NCBI GenBank assembly: GCA_963810095.1
Contig: CAWEMM010000011.1
Span: 288,001-352,000, forward strand
DNA from: an uncultured Chloroflexia bacterium
Lineage (GTDB): Bacteria; Chloroflexota; Anaerolineae; CG2-30-64-16
Direction of reading: 5' to 3'
Length of the DNA stretch: 64,000 bases
Shown: positions 51,912 through 62,924 of the stretch, in pieces
How positions within the stretch are numbered: the first letter of the stretch is position 1
Layout: every line of letters starts with the position of its first letter
Position numbers and translations under genes: made by a program
The notes under the pieces: generated by a model
What the model saw: only the letters and a program-made list of their open reading frames with translations
Told to the model about the DNA's origin: nothing
The model's database searches: none

Positions 51912-52679
51912 CTATTTCCGGTTCATCTCGTAGATCAGGCGCAGCCCATCCAGCGTCAGCCATGGGTCGACGTGCTGAATGACCGCCGTCTCACGCGCCA
52001 CGACCTCGGCCAGGCCCCCGGTCGCGATGACTTTCATGTCGTCGCCCAACTCCTTGCGGAAGCGCGCGACGAGCCCCTCGACCAGTCCCACGTACCCGAA
52101 AAAGATGCCCGATTGCATGGCGGCCGCAGTGTTCGGCCCGATGGCACGTTGGGGCGCGGCGATCTCCACCCGGTAGAGCTTGGACGCCCGCGAGAAAAGT
52201 GCCTCTGCCGCAATGCCGATGCCCGGCGCGATCGCGCCGCCCAGGTAATCACCCTCCCGTGAGATCGCGTCGAAGGTGGTCGCGGTGCCGAAGTCGACCA
52301 CGCACGCCGGCCCGCCGTACTTCACCTGGACTGCGGCGCAGTCGACCACCCGGTCCGCGCCCACCTCGCGCGGGTTCTCGTACCGGATGCGGACGCCGGT
52401 CTTAACGCCGGTGTCCACCACCAGCGCGTCGCGGTCCACGTAGTCGGCGCAAACGCGGCGGAATACGCCGGTAAGCGCCGGCACTACGCTGGCAATGGCT
52501 GCGCCGGTCACATCTGGGGGGGTGATCCCGCGATGCGCCATGAGTTGGACGAGCATAATGCCGTACTCGTCGGCCATCCGGTCGTGCACGGTCGCCAGGC
52601 GCCAGGTCGCGGCCAGCCGCTCGCCCTCGTACACGCCAAGGGTGATGTTGGTGTTACCGATGTCGATTGCGAGGAACAT
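51912..52679 (-). CDS. coaX: Type III pantothenate kinase
   Basis: LAIDIGNTN, VGADR, VDFGTATT, GGAIAPG, ATGG. Confidence 0.95.
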   Translation of the reverse strand: MFLAIDIGNTNITLGVYEGERLAATWRLATVHDRMADEYGIMLVQLMAHRGITPPDVTGAAIASVVPALTGVFRRVCADYVDRDALVVDTGVKTGVRIRYENPREVGADRVVDCAAVQVKYGGPACVVDFGTATTFDAISREGDYLGGAIAPGIGIAAEALFSRASKLYRVEIAAPQRAIGPNTAAAMQSGIFFGYVGLVEGLVARFRKELGDDMKVIATGGLAEVVARETAVIQHVDPWLTLDGLRLIYEMNRK

Positions 52680-52755
52680 GGGGACTCCCGGACTTCTCGG
52701 GACCTCCGGGGCTGCGCCGCTTTGGTCGACGGTCGAACCCTGCGGAGGTCGGGGC

Positions 52756-53142
52756 TCAGCAGCACAACTCGCGCGCGATCTCGCCGTGGCGGGTTTCGAG
52801 GATATGGTTGTTCTCGCCCATCAGCAGCACGGTGGGCTCCCAGACCTCGGGCAACGGTTCGTCGACCATGGCGTAGGCCATGATGATCACCTTGTGGCCG
52901 ATCTCGACCAGGCGGGCGGCCGCGCCGTTCAACTCGATGGCGCCGCTGCCCGAGGGGCCCTCGATGACGTACGTCTCGAGCCGGTTGCCGTTATCGACGT
53001 CGACCACCTGGACGCGCTCGTACTCGTGGATGCCCGTGGCGGCCAACAGGTCCTTGTCGATGGTGATGGAACCGACGTAATGGATGTTGGCCGCGGTCAC
53101 GGTGGCCCGGTGGATTTTCGCAAAGAGCAGGGTACGGATCAT
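52756..53142 (-). CDS. panD: Aspartate 1-decarboxylase
   Basis: KIHRATVT, YVGSITID self-cleavage site, NGAAARL. Confidence 0.95.
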   Translation of the reverse strand: MIRTLLFAKIHRATVTAANIHYVGSITIDKDLLAATGIHEYERVQVVDVDNGNRLETYVIEGPSGSGAIELNGAAARLVEIGHKVIIMAYAMVDEPLPEVWEPTVLLMGENNHILETRHGEIARELCC

Positions 53143-53216
53143 TCTGACTCCAAGGTGTCGGATGCTAATGTCACGGTTGCCGAACTTACGAGTCCGGCAA
53201 CCGTGACGCACATGCA

Positions 53217-54051
53217 CTAGGCCAAGAGGACATTATCGATCAGGCGGGCGCGGCCTACCCGCACGGCCATCGAGAGCAGGGCACCGCCGGCTGGCCTGGC
53301 CCAATTCGGCCAGCGTCACCGGGTCGGCTGCGCTCACATAGTCGACCTGAGCCAGCGGCTCTGCGCACAGCACGTCCAGCATAATTTCCTTCAGACGCTC
53401 GCCGTGCCGCTCGCCGGCGTCCCACGCCTCCCGCGCTGCCCCCAACGCGCGATGGAGCACGGGCGCTGCGGCCCGCTGCTCGGGCGTCAGGTAAATGTTG
53501 CGCGAGGACTTGGCGAGCCCGTCATGCTCGCGCACGATCGGGCAGACCACGACCTCAAGCGGGAAGTTCAGGTCGGCCACCATCTGCTTGATGACGACGA
53601 CCTGCTGCGCGTCCTTCTGGCCGAAATAGGCCCGGTCGGGCTGGAACACATTGAACAGCTTGGCGACCACGGTCGCGACGCCGCGGAAGTGCGTGGGCCG
53701 GGCTGCGCCTTCCAGCGGCCGGCTCACCTCCTCGACCGTCACGTAGGTCTGAAAGCCGGCCGGATAGACTTCTTCGACCGGCGGCGTCCACACCAGGTCG
53801 ACCCCGAGCTTCTCGAGCAGGCCGAGATCGCGCGCCAGGTCGCGCGGGTAGGCCGCCAGGTCCTCGGCCGGCCCGAACTGGGTCGGGTTGACGAAGATGG
53901 AGACCCCCACATGGTCGTTCTCCCGCCGGGCGGCCTCGACCAGCGCCAGGTGACCCTCGTGGAGGAACCCCATGGTGGGCACCAGGCCCCACGTTCCGCC
54001 GAGCTCCCGGCGAATGCGCCGGACTTCGTTGATTCTTTCGACGACTTGCAT
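53217..54051 (-). CDS. panC: Pantoate--beta-alanine ligase, frameshift near 53290
   Basis: VPTMGFLHEGH, SIFVNPTQF, FGQKDAQQ, SSRN; the shifted frame ends ARLIDNVLLA*. Confidence 0.95.
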
Positions 54052-54119
54052 GGCTGATCTTTCTCGTGGTACTGCAAGCATGGGTTCTTGCGAGAACCAA
54101 TGCTTGCAGTACCAACGCA

Positions 54120-55039
54120 TTACAGCGCCCGCATCAGGCGCCAGACAACCTCGTTGGCGCCCGCGTGGACTCCAAGGCGCCGGCCCTCCGCAATCACAAT
54201 CCCGTTGATGCTGTCGATCTCGGTCGGACGGCCGCGCTCGATGTCCTGCAGCATCGAAGACCGGTTCGCTGCCGTGCTCCGGCAAACGCCTTCGGTGTAT
54301 GCCACGGGATCCTCGAACGGCAGCACAAGCCCGCGGGCCCGAGCCACGTTTGCCGCCTCTTCCGCCAGGCGGGCGAGCAGCCAGCGCCGGTCGGCCGAGG
54401 CCAAAAGCGCGCCGTTAGGCACCCGCCAGAGTGCGGTCAGGGATTAATGGCCGCATTGACCACCGCCTTGCCCCACAGCCGCGCTTCGATGTCACTCCCG
54501 ACCTCGGTCTCGAAGCCCGCGCGCTCGAACACTTCGGCGAGGGCCTCGATCCGCTCGGCGTTGTCCGGCGTCTGCCCCAAGTAGGTGGGGTTGTGGGCCA
54601 CGTGACGCACCTCGCCCGGCGCCAGCAGCATTGCGCCGTTGTACGTCACGCCGACGGCGGCGGAGCCCTCGCCCACCTCGTCGACCAGCGCCTGGTAGTT
54701 GTCCAGCCCGTTCTGCAGCGTCACCGCGAGCCCCTCAGTGGCAAGCAACTGGCGTGCCCACTCGGCAGCGCGCGGCGTTTGGTAGCTCTTGACGAGAATC
54801 AGCGCAATGTCGGCATAGCCACGCGGGGCATCCGGCGCCTCAAGATCTGCTGCCGAGCAGACCGGCACGTCGGCACGCCACAACCGGCCGTCCGGCTCGA
54901 CCACGTGGACGCCGCTCTCGCGGATGGCGGCAATCCCCTCCGGCCAGCTCCCGAACATACAGACCTCGGCGTGGCCCGCCAGCCGTGCGGCGTAGATCGA
55001 AGCGAGCGCGCCCGTGCCAATGACTGCGATACGCATCAT
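54120..55039 (-). CDS. panE: 2-dehydropantoate 2-reductase, frameshift near 54440
   Basis: IGTGALA, LVKSY, LQNGL, KAVVNAAINP, SSMLQD...TEIDSING. Confidence 0.92.
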
Positions 55040-55043
55040 GACC

Positions 55044-55952
55044 TCAGCAACCCACCAACTGCCCGGCCCAGCTGGGTTCATCCTCGGGCGCACCTGAGCC
55101 GTCCTGCGCGCCGCGGCTGCCCAGCCATGCCTCCCACTCGGCGTCGTCGATCGGGAAGGACTGCTCGCAGGCTGGAAAACGCCGCTGCTCGACGTCCTCG
55201 CGGTACGCGGGGAGGGCCTGCTCCATCTCGGGGAAGAGATGGGCATACTGCTTGACAAACTTGGGCGTGAATTTGTCGAAAATGCCGAGCAGGTCGTGGA
55301 GCACCAGCACCTGGCCGTCGCACCCGCCCCCTGCGCCGATGCCAATGGTGGGAATGTGCAGCTTCTTGGAGATGCGGGCCGCGACCCGGTCGGGCGCCAT
55401 CTCGATCACCACCATCGCCGCGCCCGCCTCCTGCACGGCCAGTGCATCTTCGAGCAAGCGCTGCGCGTCGTGCGCAGTCTTGCCCTGCACCCGGTAGCCG
55501 CCCAGCTTCCCGGCCGACTGGGGGGTCAGGCCAATGTGACCGATGACGGTGATGCCGGCATTGCCGATTGCGCGGATGACGGGCGCCATCTCCTGGCCCC
55601 CCTCCAGCTTGACCGCGTCCATACCGGCCTCTTTGAGGAAGCGTCCCGCGTTGCGGACGGCCTCGGCCGTATCGGCCTGGTAGGACATGAAGGGCATATC
55701 GCCGATCAGATAGGCGTTCTGCGCGCCGCGGCGCACGGCTTTGCAGTGATGGAGCATGTCCTCCATCGTCACGGGCACGGTCGAATCATAGCCCAGCACG
55801 ACCATGCCGAGCGAGTCGCCGACGAGGATGGTGTCGATTCCCGCGCGGTCTGCGGCGAGCGCGGACGGGTAGTCGTAGGCAGTAACCATGCTGATGGGCA
55901 ATCCCTGCCGTTTCTTCTCCTGGATCGCCAGGATCGTGACCTTCTTAGCCAT
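55044..55952 (-). CDS. panB: 3-methyl-2-oxobutanoate hydroxymethyltransferase
   Basis: VTAYDY, LVGDSLGM, DMPFMSY, VKLEGG, GHIGLTPQ, DGQVLV. Confidence 0.96.
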   Translation of the reverse strand: MAKKVTILAIQEKKRQGLPISMVTAYDYPSALAADRAGIDTILVGDSLGMVVLGYDSTVPVTMEDMLHHCKAVRRGAQNAYLIGDMPFMSYQADTAEAVRNAGRFLKEAGMDAVKLEGGQEMAPVIRAIGNAGITVIGHIGLTPQSAGKLGGYRVQGKTAHDAQRLLEDALAVQEAGAAMVVIEMAPDRVAARISKKLHIPTIGIGAGGGCDGQVLVLHDLLGIFDKFTPKFVKQYAHLFPEMEQALPAYREDVEQRRFPACEQSFPIDDAEWEAWLGSRGAQDGSGAPEDEPSWAGQLVGC

Positions 55953-55977
55953 ACCTCTCCCCCTGCTCAGACCCACT

Positions 55978-56012
55978 CAAACAGAAAGCCCCACGGCACG
56001 CGCCGAGGGGCT
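55978..56012 (-). terminator. Attenuator-type intrinsic terminator in the panB leader
   Basis: Minus strand agcccctcggc-gcgt-gccgtggggct followed by ttctgttt, about 25 nt upstream of the start codon. Confidence 0.7.
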
Positions 56013-56057
56013 GGATTTCGGTCAGGCAGCGTCCATCACGGGGACGCAAACCCCTAT

Positions 56058-56125
56058 TCCGCCGTCTCGGTCGCGTCGGGCTGCGGCGAATGCTGCAACC
56101 GTTCGATCCAAGCGAGCATCATTGT
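56058..56125 (-). ncRNA. pan RNA motif-like cis-regulatory element
   Basis: Minus strand ...cttGGATCgaac-ggttgcagc attc gccgcagcc-cgacgcGACCGAGACggc in the panB 5' UTR. This matches my recollection of the pan motif core and its known genomic context; no covariance search was run. Confidence 0.65.
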
Positions 56126-56179
56126 CCTGACGATGTCGCGATTTATGCTGGCCGCCCGGTGGGGTCGGCTGCCAGAGTG

Positions 56180-56207
56180 AGTATAGCACGGTTCGTAGAG
56201 CCGTCAA
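56180..56207 (-). promoter_or_regulatory. Promoter of the pan operon
   Basis: Minus strand TTGACG-N16-TATACT with an extended TG. Confidence 0.65.
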
Positions 56208-56379
56208 TTAGCGGGCTTACGATTGTGAGGGGCGAGGCCGGGCGATTGACGGGCCAGGATGAACATATTCATGAAATCCCTCCTGGCCGGCCTCGGCCTT
56301 GAATCAGCTTCGACATAAAGACCACGGGCGCGATCCCTGCGAAATTCTCGCTCTCCTGGATGGAACTGCCTGCCGCTCT

Positions 56380-56804
56380 TGCTCCTTGCACGGCACCCCC
56401 ACCGCGACCCCGAAGAGCATGATCACGGCAACATTCACCCTACGACCTGTCGCGATCACGAAGACGCCCACTCCGGCGAACCGGGCCACGGCCGCCTATC
56501 TCGCGAGCTACGCGACCGCCATCGCGTTCACACCGGCACGGCCACACCGCTGCCAACCTGGGTTTTCATCGCATCCGAGACGCCCACGGCCACGCCGCGT
56601 TCCACTGCCACCCCCCAACCCACCTCCACCCCGCTACCACCACCCACACGCACTCCAAGCTGGTCGCCCAATGGCACAGAGATCGTCTTCCTGTCGAACC
56701 GGACGGGCCGCCAGCAGATCTGGATCATGAATGCGGACGGCTCGGGGCAGCGGCAATTGACCGACGGCACGTTCGAGGCTTGGGACCCGGTGTGGGTGAA
56801 GTAG
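56380..56804 (+). pseudogene. Remnant of a Pro/Thr-linker TolB-like (PD40) protein
   Basis: PT-rich tract joined directly to a single terminal blade, PSWSPNGTEIVFLSNRTGRQQIWIMNADGSGQRQLT...DPVWVK; no clear start or signal peptide. Confidence 0.55.
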
Positions 56805-56898
56805 ACCAAGAAAAGTATCGGGCCGGCGCTTCCGCGCCGGCCCCGCTCGAACCCCCAGCCTCGTCAATTAGCGCCCGGGGGTGAATCTTGCGTTGTAC

Positions 56899-56940
56899 CA
56901 GGCTGAGGGGCGGGACGCGGGCGTCCCGCCCCTCAGCCTG
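56899..56940. terminator. Perfect 20-bp inverted repeat between convergent genes
   Basis: caggctgaggggcgggacgc-gg-gcgtcccgcccctcagcctg. Confidence 0.75.
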
Positions 56941-56949
56941 TTCCGCAGG

Positions 56950-59900
56950 TCAGGGCGCCCAGGGCGAGGAGGCCACGGCGTAGTTGCCGCCCATGAGCGA
57001 GAGGTCGAGGATGTTGACGGACCCGTCGCCGTTCACGTCGCTCGAGCCCGTACCGTTGCACACTCCCGGCGCCTGGCCGTAGGCGGAGCCGATGCAGGAG
57101 GCGTCCAGCACGTCGATCAGATTGTCGTCGGTCGCGTCGCCGCCCAGCAGGACCACGGTGCCCAGCGCCGTCGTCGGCCGCGTGGTGAGCGTCTGGCTGT
57201 CGGCATAGCTGCTCGCAGCCACGGCGGTGGTCGGCAGATACAACGGACGGTCGACGAGCAGCCAGTAGGTGCTGCCCACCGTCAGCAGGTTGGGTGCAAT
57301 GTAGGCCGTCGTGTAGGCGCCGCCCGCCGCGCTGGCCGCACCGGCGTACTGGGTCGCGCCGGCCTTGAGCTCCTGGTCGAACACCTGCACGGCCGCGCCG
57401 CTTTCGTTCGTCCGCCCCTGCAGGTCGATGAAGCCGGTGAACTGCGCGATGCCGGTGATCTTGACCGCGCCGTCGTCCGTGTCGGTGATGTCACGGCCGG
57501 GGGTCGAGGGCGCGCCGTAGCCCGCATTGTTCACGTAGATCTTCGCGCCGCCCACCGCCGCCCCGCTGGTGTCGGCCGGCAGGGCCGAGATATCCAGGTA
57601 GGTCGTCCACGGGCCGGCGCCGCTGCCGGGCAGGGCCGTGAAGTTGAAGGTCGCCACCGTGGCGCCGACTACGTCCTGCTGGGCAGCAGGCGCCAGCAGT
57701 TGGCAGCGGTAGCTCATCACGCCTGCCGCGACCGACAGCGCCGTGCAGTGGCCGTCCCAAGGTGCGACAAACGTCGTGCTGTTCAGCGTCAGGTACGCCG
57801 GATCGTATGTAACTTTGAAGGTCAGGCCGTACAGCTTGGCCGCATCCACCTTCAGCTTCGCGTCGAAGCTCTGGCTTTGCAGGATGGTGCGCGTCGCGGC
57901 CAGCGTGTCGGGGACCATGTCCATGAACGGCTCGACGAAGGTGAAATTCGACGCATCCACCGAGCCTGCGACGCCGTCGCCCTGCGGCCCCGTCGGCCCG
58001 GCCAGGTCGCCCCACGAGTTGTACTGCGCGTTCAGGTTCGTGTTGGGCCCCGCGTTGTTCACGCCGGCGCCGCCGTTGGCCTTGAACAGGTTGCCGTCGA
58101 TGTTGATCACGCCGCCGATGCCTGCCCCAGCATCCACGTGCAACCCGTCGCGGCTGTTGTCGTGGATGTAGTTGCCGAACACCTTCAGCGACACGACGCT
58201 GCCGGCCAGCTCCAGGCCGTCCTGCCAGCCCATGACCGAGGTATCGCGCAGCGTGAAGTTGTCCGCGCCTGCATTGACCAGCACGGCCGGGTCCGCCGTA
58301 CCGCCGCCGTTCAGCGTGCCGGGTCCCTGGAGCACCACGTCGTCGGCATTGATCGTGAACGCCGGCGAGCCGTGGCCCACGGTCGCGTTGTTGAGGTAGA
58401 TGGTCACGCCGTTCTTGGTGACGATGTTGCCGCCCGCATACGTGCCCTCGGCAACGTTGACCGTGCCGCCCTCGAGCACTGCGTCGAGCGCCGCCTGCAG
58501 CGTGGCGAACGCGTTGACGCCGAAGAACTTGCCCGGCGCCACCTCAGCACCCGCCGCGGAGCCGGTCCAGGTAGCATTGACGTAGACGTCGGACGGCACG
58601 ACGAGCGTAAAGTTGGCGTTCGAGACGTCGAAGAAGATGTTGCCCAACGCCTCGATCTTGACGCGCGCCTGGGTCGTATTGACGCTGGGCAGCGTCACAG
58701 CCTCGGAGCCGTCATTCGCGGTGCTCGCAGCCAGGACGTAGGGGTACGTCTGCCCGCCGTCGGTCGACAGGGAGATCTTGACGTTGCTGGCGCCGACCGG
58801 CGCGACGTCTGTGCCTGCGGGGTTCCAGGTCACTGTCAGCACGGAGGGAGCGGCGTAGGGCCCGGCCACGTTGGGCGCAGTCACGAGGAACGGCCCCGTC
58901 CCCGCAGCCAGCAGCAGCGTCGTGTCTGCGTAGTTGCTGCCGCCGTTGCCATCGCGCGCAGTGAAGCGCATGTGGAGCGCAAGCGGGCTGGCGTTGACGC
59001 CCGAGAAACCGACGTAGGCCGAGGTGGGCAGGAATTCCGCGTAGCACTCCCGCACCGGGTAGTCGGCGTAGGGGGCGATGGGCCCTTGCCGGCACGCGCC
59101 GGTGTCGGCGTTGGTGTTGTTGTCCAGGATTTGCTGCAGGTCCGGGAACACCCGGGTCGGGTTCGTGGTCAGGTGGTTCTGGCCGGGCGAGTTGTACTGC
59201 AACGAATCGGCCGTGCTGATGATGCCCGACTTCGGGAACATGGCGAACAACGGGCCGTCGGTCTTCGTGTTGTTCAAGAGCGACGTGCCGGCGCTGCCGC
59301 CCCGGTCGTTCTGCTCCCACGAGTAGATCAACGGGTCGTTCTCGGCATCCGTGGCGCTGCCGGTCAGGCTGAAGGGCGTGCGCAGCGGGATGGTGTACTG
59401 GGCGGGTGCGGTGACCACAGGCGCCGTGTTGCCCGTGGACGTTACCGTGAGCGGGCCGCCTGTATTGTCGACCGCGCCGCCCTTGTCGGTCTCGCCGACC
59501 CAGCCGGACGTGCCCGCGCTGAAGTCTTGCAGCGCAAGCATCACCGGCACATCGGTCGAGGCCAGCGTTCCGCTGAATGTCACCTGGAAGCCGTTGCCGT
59601 TGAACGTGCCGCCCCCGAAGCCGCTAACCGTCACGGTCGCGCCAGAGGGCAGAAGGCCTGCGGCGCCCTTCAACGCTTCCACAGAGGTGCCAGAGCAGCC
59701 GGACGCGTTGGTCACGTCGGCCTGGCTCACATCCATGTTCAGGAGGGTCCCGCCGAAGCTCAACGTGTAACCCGTGTCGGCAAGCGCGTCCACCGTGACC
59801 GTACCACCTGTCGGCCAGCCGGCGACGGCCAGTCGTGCCCTTGACGTTCTCGCGACTGGTCGCGGTGCAAGGCGTGCCGGCCGAAGCGCACGTGCCGAAC

Positions 59901-62900
59901 ACGATCCCGATCGGCGCCATGTCGACGTTCGCAGTCGCAGCGCCAAACGTGACCGTGAAGCCGCTGTTGCCCGCACCTGACACGGTGACTGTGCCGGGGA
60001 ATCCGGCGATGGCGTTGATTGCGGCAGCAACGTTGGCGTTGCTGATGGCCGTTCCGCCGTTGCCAAGCACGGCTGAGAGGTTGCCGCCGATCTGAACCCG
60101 GAACGAATTGCCGGCGGTGCTGGCATTGAAGTTGGCGAGGGTGATTGCCTGCTGTTCGTTCCCACCCTGCATCGCCGCCTTGATGCCTGCGCTGGTATAG
60201 TTCTGGCCGCGTGGTGATCAGCTACGGAATCGGCGCCGTCGTAGTTCAGCGTGTAGACGTCGCCGTTCGTGTCGAAACCGGTCAGGGACACGGTTTGCAG
60301 TTCGCTACCTTGCAGCACCGCTTGGATCCACACAGGCGAATAGCTGCTACCATTCGTGAACAGGGGCGAGACGTTGCCGTTATAGTCTAGCTTGAACGAG
60401 TCGAACCGCCGCCGTGTGTCGTTTCCTCGACCGAGGCGAAGCAGCCGCCGCAGCTCAGGTTGACCAGCTCGATGTTCGGCACGTCGGTGTTGGCCGATGC
60501 GCCGCCGTACGTGACCGCGAAGCCGGTCGAAGCTGCGCTGCCCACGGTAACGGAGCCTGCAAAGCCCGCGATTGCGTTGATGGCATTCTGGATGTTGGTC
60601 GCGCTGATACGCCAGACCGCTCCCGCCGATCACGGCCGAGTCGTTGCCGCCAATGCGCACCTGGAACGGCACGTAGTAAGTCGCGGTGCCGCCGCCCGAC
60701 GCAGCCAGGCCCGACGAGGCGGCCGTGTATTGGAAGCTGCGAGCCGTGGGAACGGCGGTGATGGCGAACGTGCCGTTATAGCCGGCGACGCCCACACTCG
60801 CGATCGTCACGACGTCGCCCACGGCGCGGCCATGCGGCGCGGCGGTGCTGATCGTCACAGTCGTGCCCGACTCGGTCGCACCGGGCACGGCCAGGGTCAC
60901 TGTGCCGCCGCCCGAGCGGGCCAGGCCCGCAGTGGGATTGGTGAACGTGAAGGAGCGCGAGGTCGGTATGGTGTCGACCGTCCACGTGCCGTTGTAGCCC
61001 GCCACGCCCACGCCGGCGATCGTCACGACGTCGCCCGGCTGAAGCGTGTGCGCGGCTGAGACGGCGATGGTGACGACGTTGCCGTCCTCCGTCGCGCCGC
61101 CCACCGAGGCCGCGCTGGGGGCCGCGTTGATGGTCAGGCTGAGCGGCTGGACCGTGGCCGCCTGCGAGTAGCCGGGTCCGAACGTAACCGTCTGCACCTC
61201 GTTGCCGCCGCCGAAGCGGCGCAGCGAAACGGTCTGCACCTCGTTGATCGCGGATTGCGAGCTGGCCGTGTAACTGGAGATCTCCTGCTGGCTGCGCTGC
61301 GAGAAGTACGGATCGCTGTGCGCCTGCAGGTCGTCGGTGAGGCAGATGCCCGCATACGCCATCACCGAGGAGCCGCTGCCCGGTTCGACAGAGTTGGCTG
61401 CGCTGCGGTTGCCACCCGAACAGTTGAGTTGGTTGCCGTTGAAGGGGTGATTGCCGCTGAACTGGTGGCCCATCTCGTGCGCCACGTAGTCTACGGCGTA
61501 GTAATCGCCGTTAGGCGTGGGAATGCCAGTGCACCCGCCCGCCTTGTTCGACCGGCCCACGACGCCCAGATTTGCCACACCGCCGCCCGGCTGGCCCAGC
61601 CCCAGGTGCCCAATGTCATAGTTCGACGCGCCGATGATCTGCCCGATGACGTAGCGGGCGCGGGACGTGCTCGAGCAGCCTGTCACTTGCGACTGCGTGA
61701 AGCAGGCCGCCGCTCCGCACGGCCCGTTCGGGCCGGTCGCCTGCCCCCAGGTGTCAAGGTTGAGCAGATCGTTGTTCGCCACCAGCACCATGCGGATCGA
61801 CATATCGTCCTCATAGAGCTGATTCACACGGTTAATTAACGTCACCTTCGCCGGAGTCACGTTCGCCGAGCCGCCCCAGTACGTCGCGTAGCCGGGATCG
61901 GTAATGAGGGCGAGACGGTAGACGCGCAGGACGTCACCGGTCGCCACGTAGATCGCGGACGGCGCGGCCGCCGGGCCGACCTGGTAACTGCTGTATGCGA
62001 CTGCGGAACCATCCGTGGCCGTCACCAGGTGGGTGTCGGCGTCGCCGTTCGGGTCGGCCACGAACTCGGCGGTGAACATGCCCAACTCGTCGGCCGTCGC
62101 GATAACCTCGCGCTTGGTGAAGTTCTCTTCGGGGTCCGAGATCGTGATCGTCACGGTCGAGTTGGCCGCAAAGCCGCTGCCACTCAGGGTGACGGCCGCG
62201 TCCGGGTGCTTTTCGCGCTGATCCAAAGTCAGGTCAGCCGCATCCGCGTCGCGTTCGACCCAGCTATCGTCGGCATCGCGCGGGAGGTCGCTGCCGAAGT
62301 AGCTGGCGTAGACGCTCTGATCGAGATGGTAGTACGGCTCGAGATACCATGCGCCGCCGGGCGAACGCACCGAGGCGTGGAAGCCGAGCGGGGTGAGGTC
62401 GAAGCGGATGGTGGCGGCGGGATCGTCGATGCCGCGGCCCCGGTACGTCTTGATGTCCGGATGCTTCTCGGCCAGGCCCGGCTCCATGATTGGCGCTTCC
62501 TGCACCGCAAAGCTCACGAACTGGCCGCAGGGGTCGGGCAGCGCGAGGGTGAGCGCGCTCGAAGAGGCAAGCGCGTCGGCCGAACGACCGCGGCTCGCCT
62601 CCCGCGGGGCGGTCGCAAGCAAGGCGGCCATACCCTCACGGTCCAGCGTGTACGCGCCGAAGAAGACGGGATCGACTGCCAGCTGGCTGGCCTGCACGCC
62701 GCGCTGCGCCTTCCCGCTCGCGGGCTGCCACAAGCTGCTGCCGGCGGCGCACGCGCCATCGAGTCCGGCACGCTGGCGCACGCCGGGTTCTGCCTGGCAT
62801 CCGCGGCCGGCGCAGAAACTGCCACCGGCGCGGCTCGCGCCACGGTCGCAGCCGGCGCCAGAAGCGCCGCGACGACCGCAAGCATGACCAAAGCAGAGAA

Positions 62901-62924
62901 CAAGGGCGGGTGGGAATGCTTCAT
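56950..62924 (-). CDS. Secreted reprolysin-like (M12B) zinc metalloprotease, multidomain, ~2000 aa, several compensating frameshifts
   Basis: Signal peptide in ORF 62514..62924; prodomain; VAHEMGHQFSGNH zinc motif with EPGSGSSVMAYAG Met-turn; inserted repeats; beta-helix; cohesin-like domain; dockerin-like GDATDDNLIDVLD...DVNGDGSVNILDL. Confidence 0.85.

Noticed and set aside
56025-56060. GGGACGCAAA resembling a c-di-GMP-I riboswitch
   Set aside because: The upstream GGCAAAC/GAAA elements are missing, and it lies antisense within the pan leader.
56881-59844. 987-aa plus-strand ORF and similar long antisense ORFs
   Set aside because: Antisense shadows of high-GC genes with no recognisable motifs.
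1560-62924. Widespread frameshifts read as pseudogenes or programmed frameshifting
   Set aside because: They hit about 20 genes including housekeeping ones (mutY, fni, panC, panE, mobA), with no in-frame stops or shared slippery motif. Sequencing or consensus error is far more likely.
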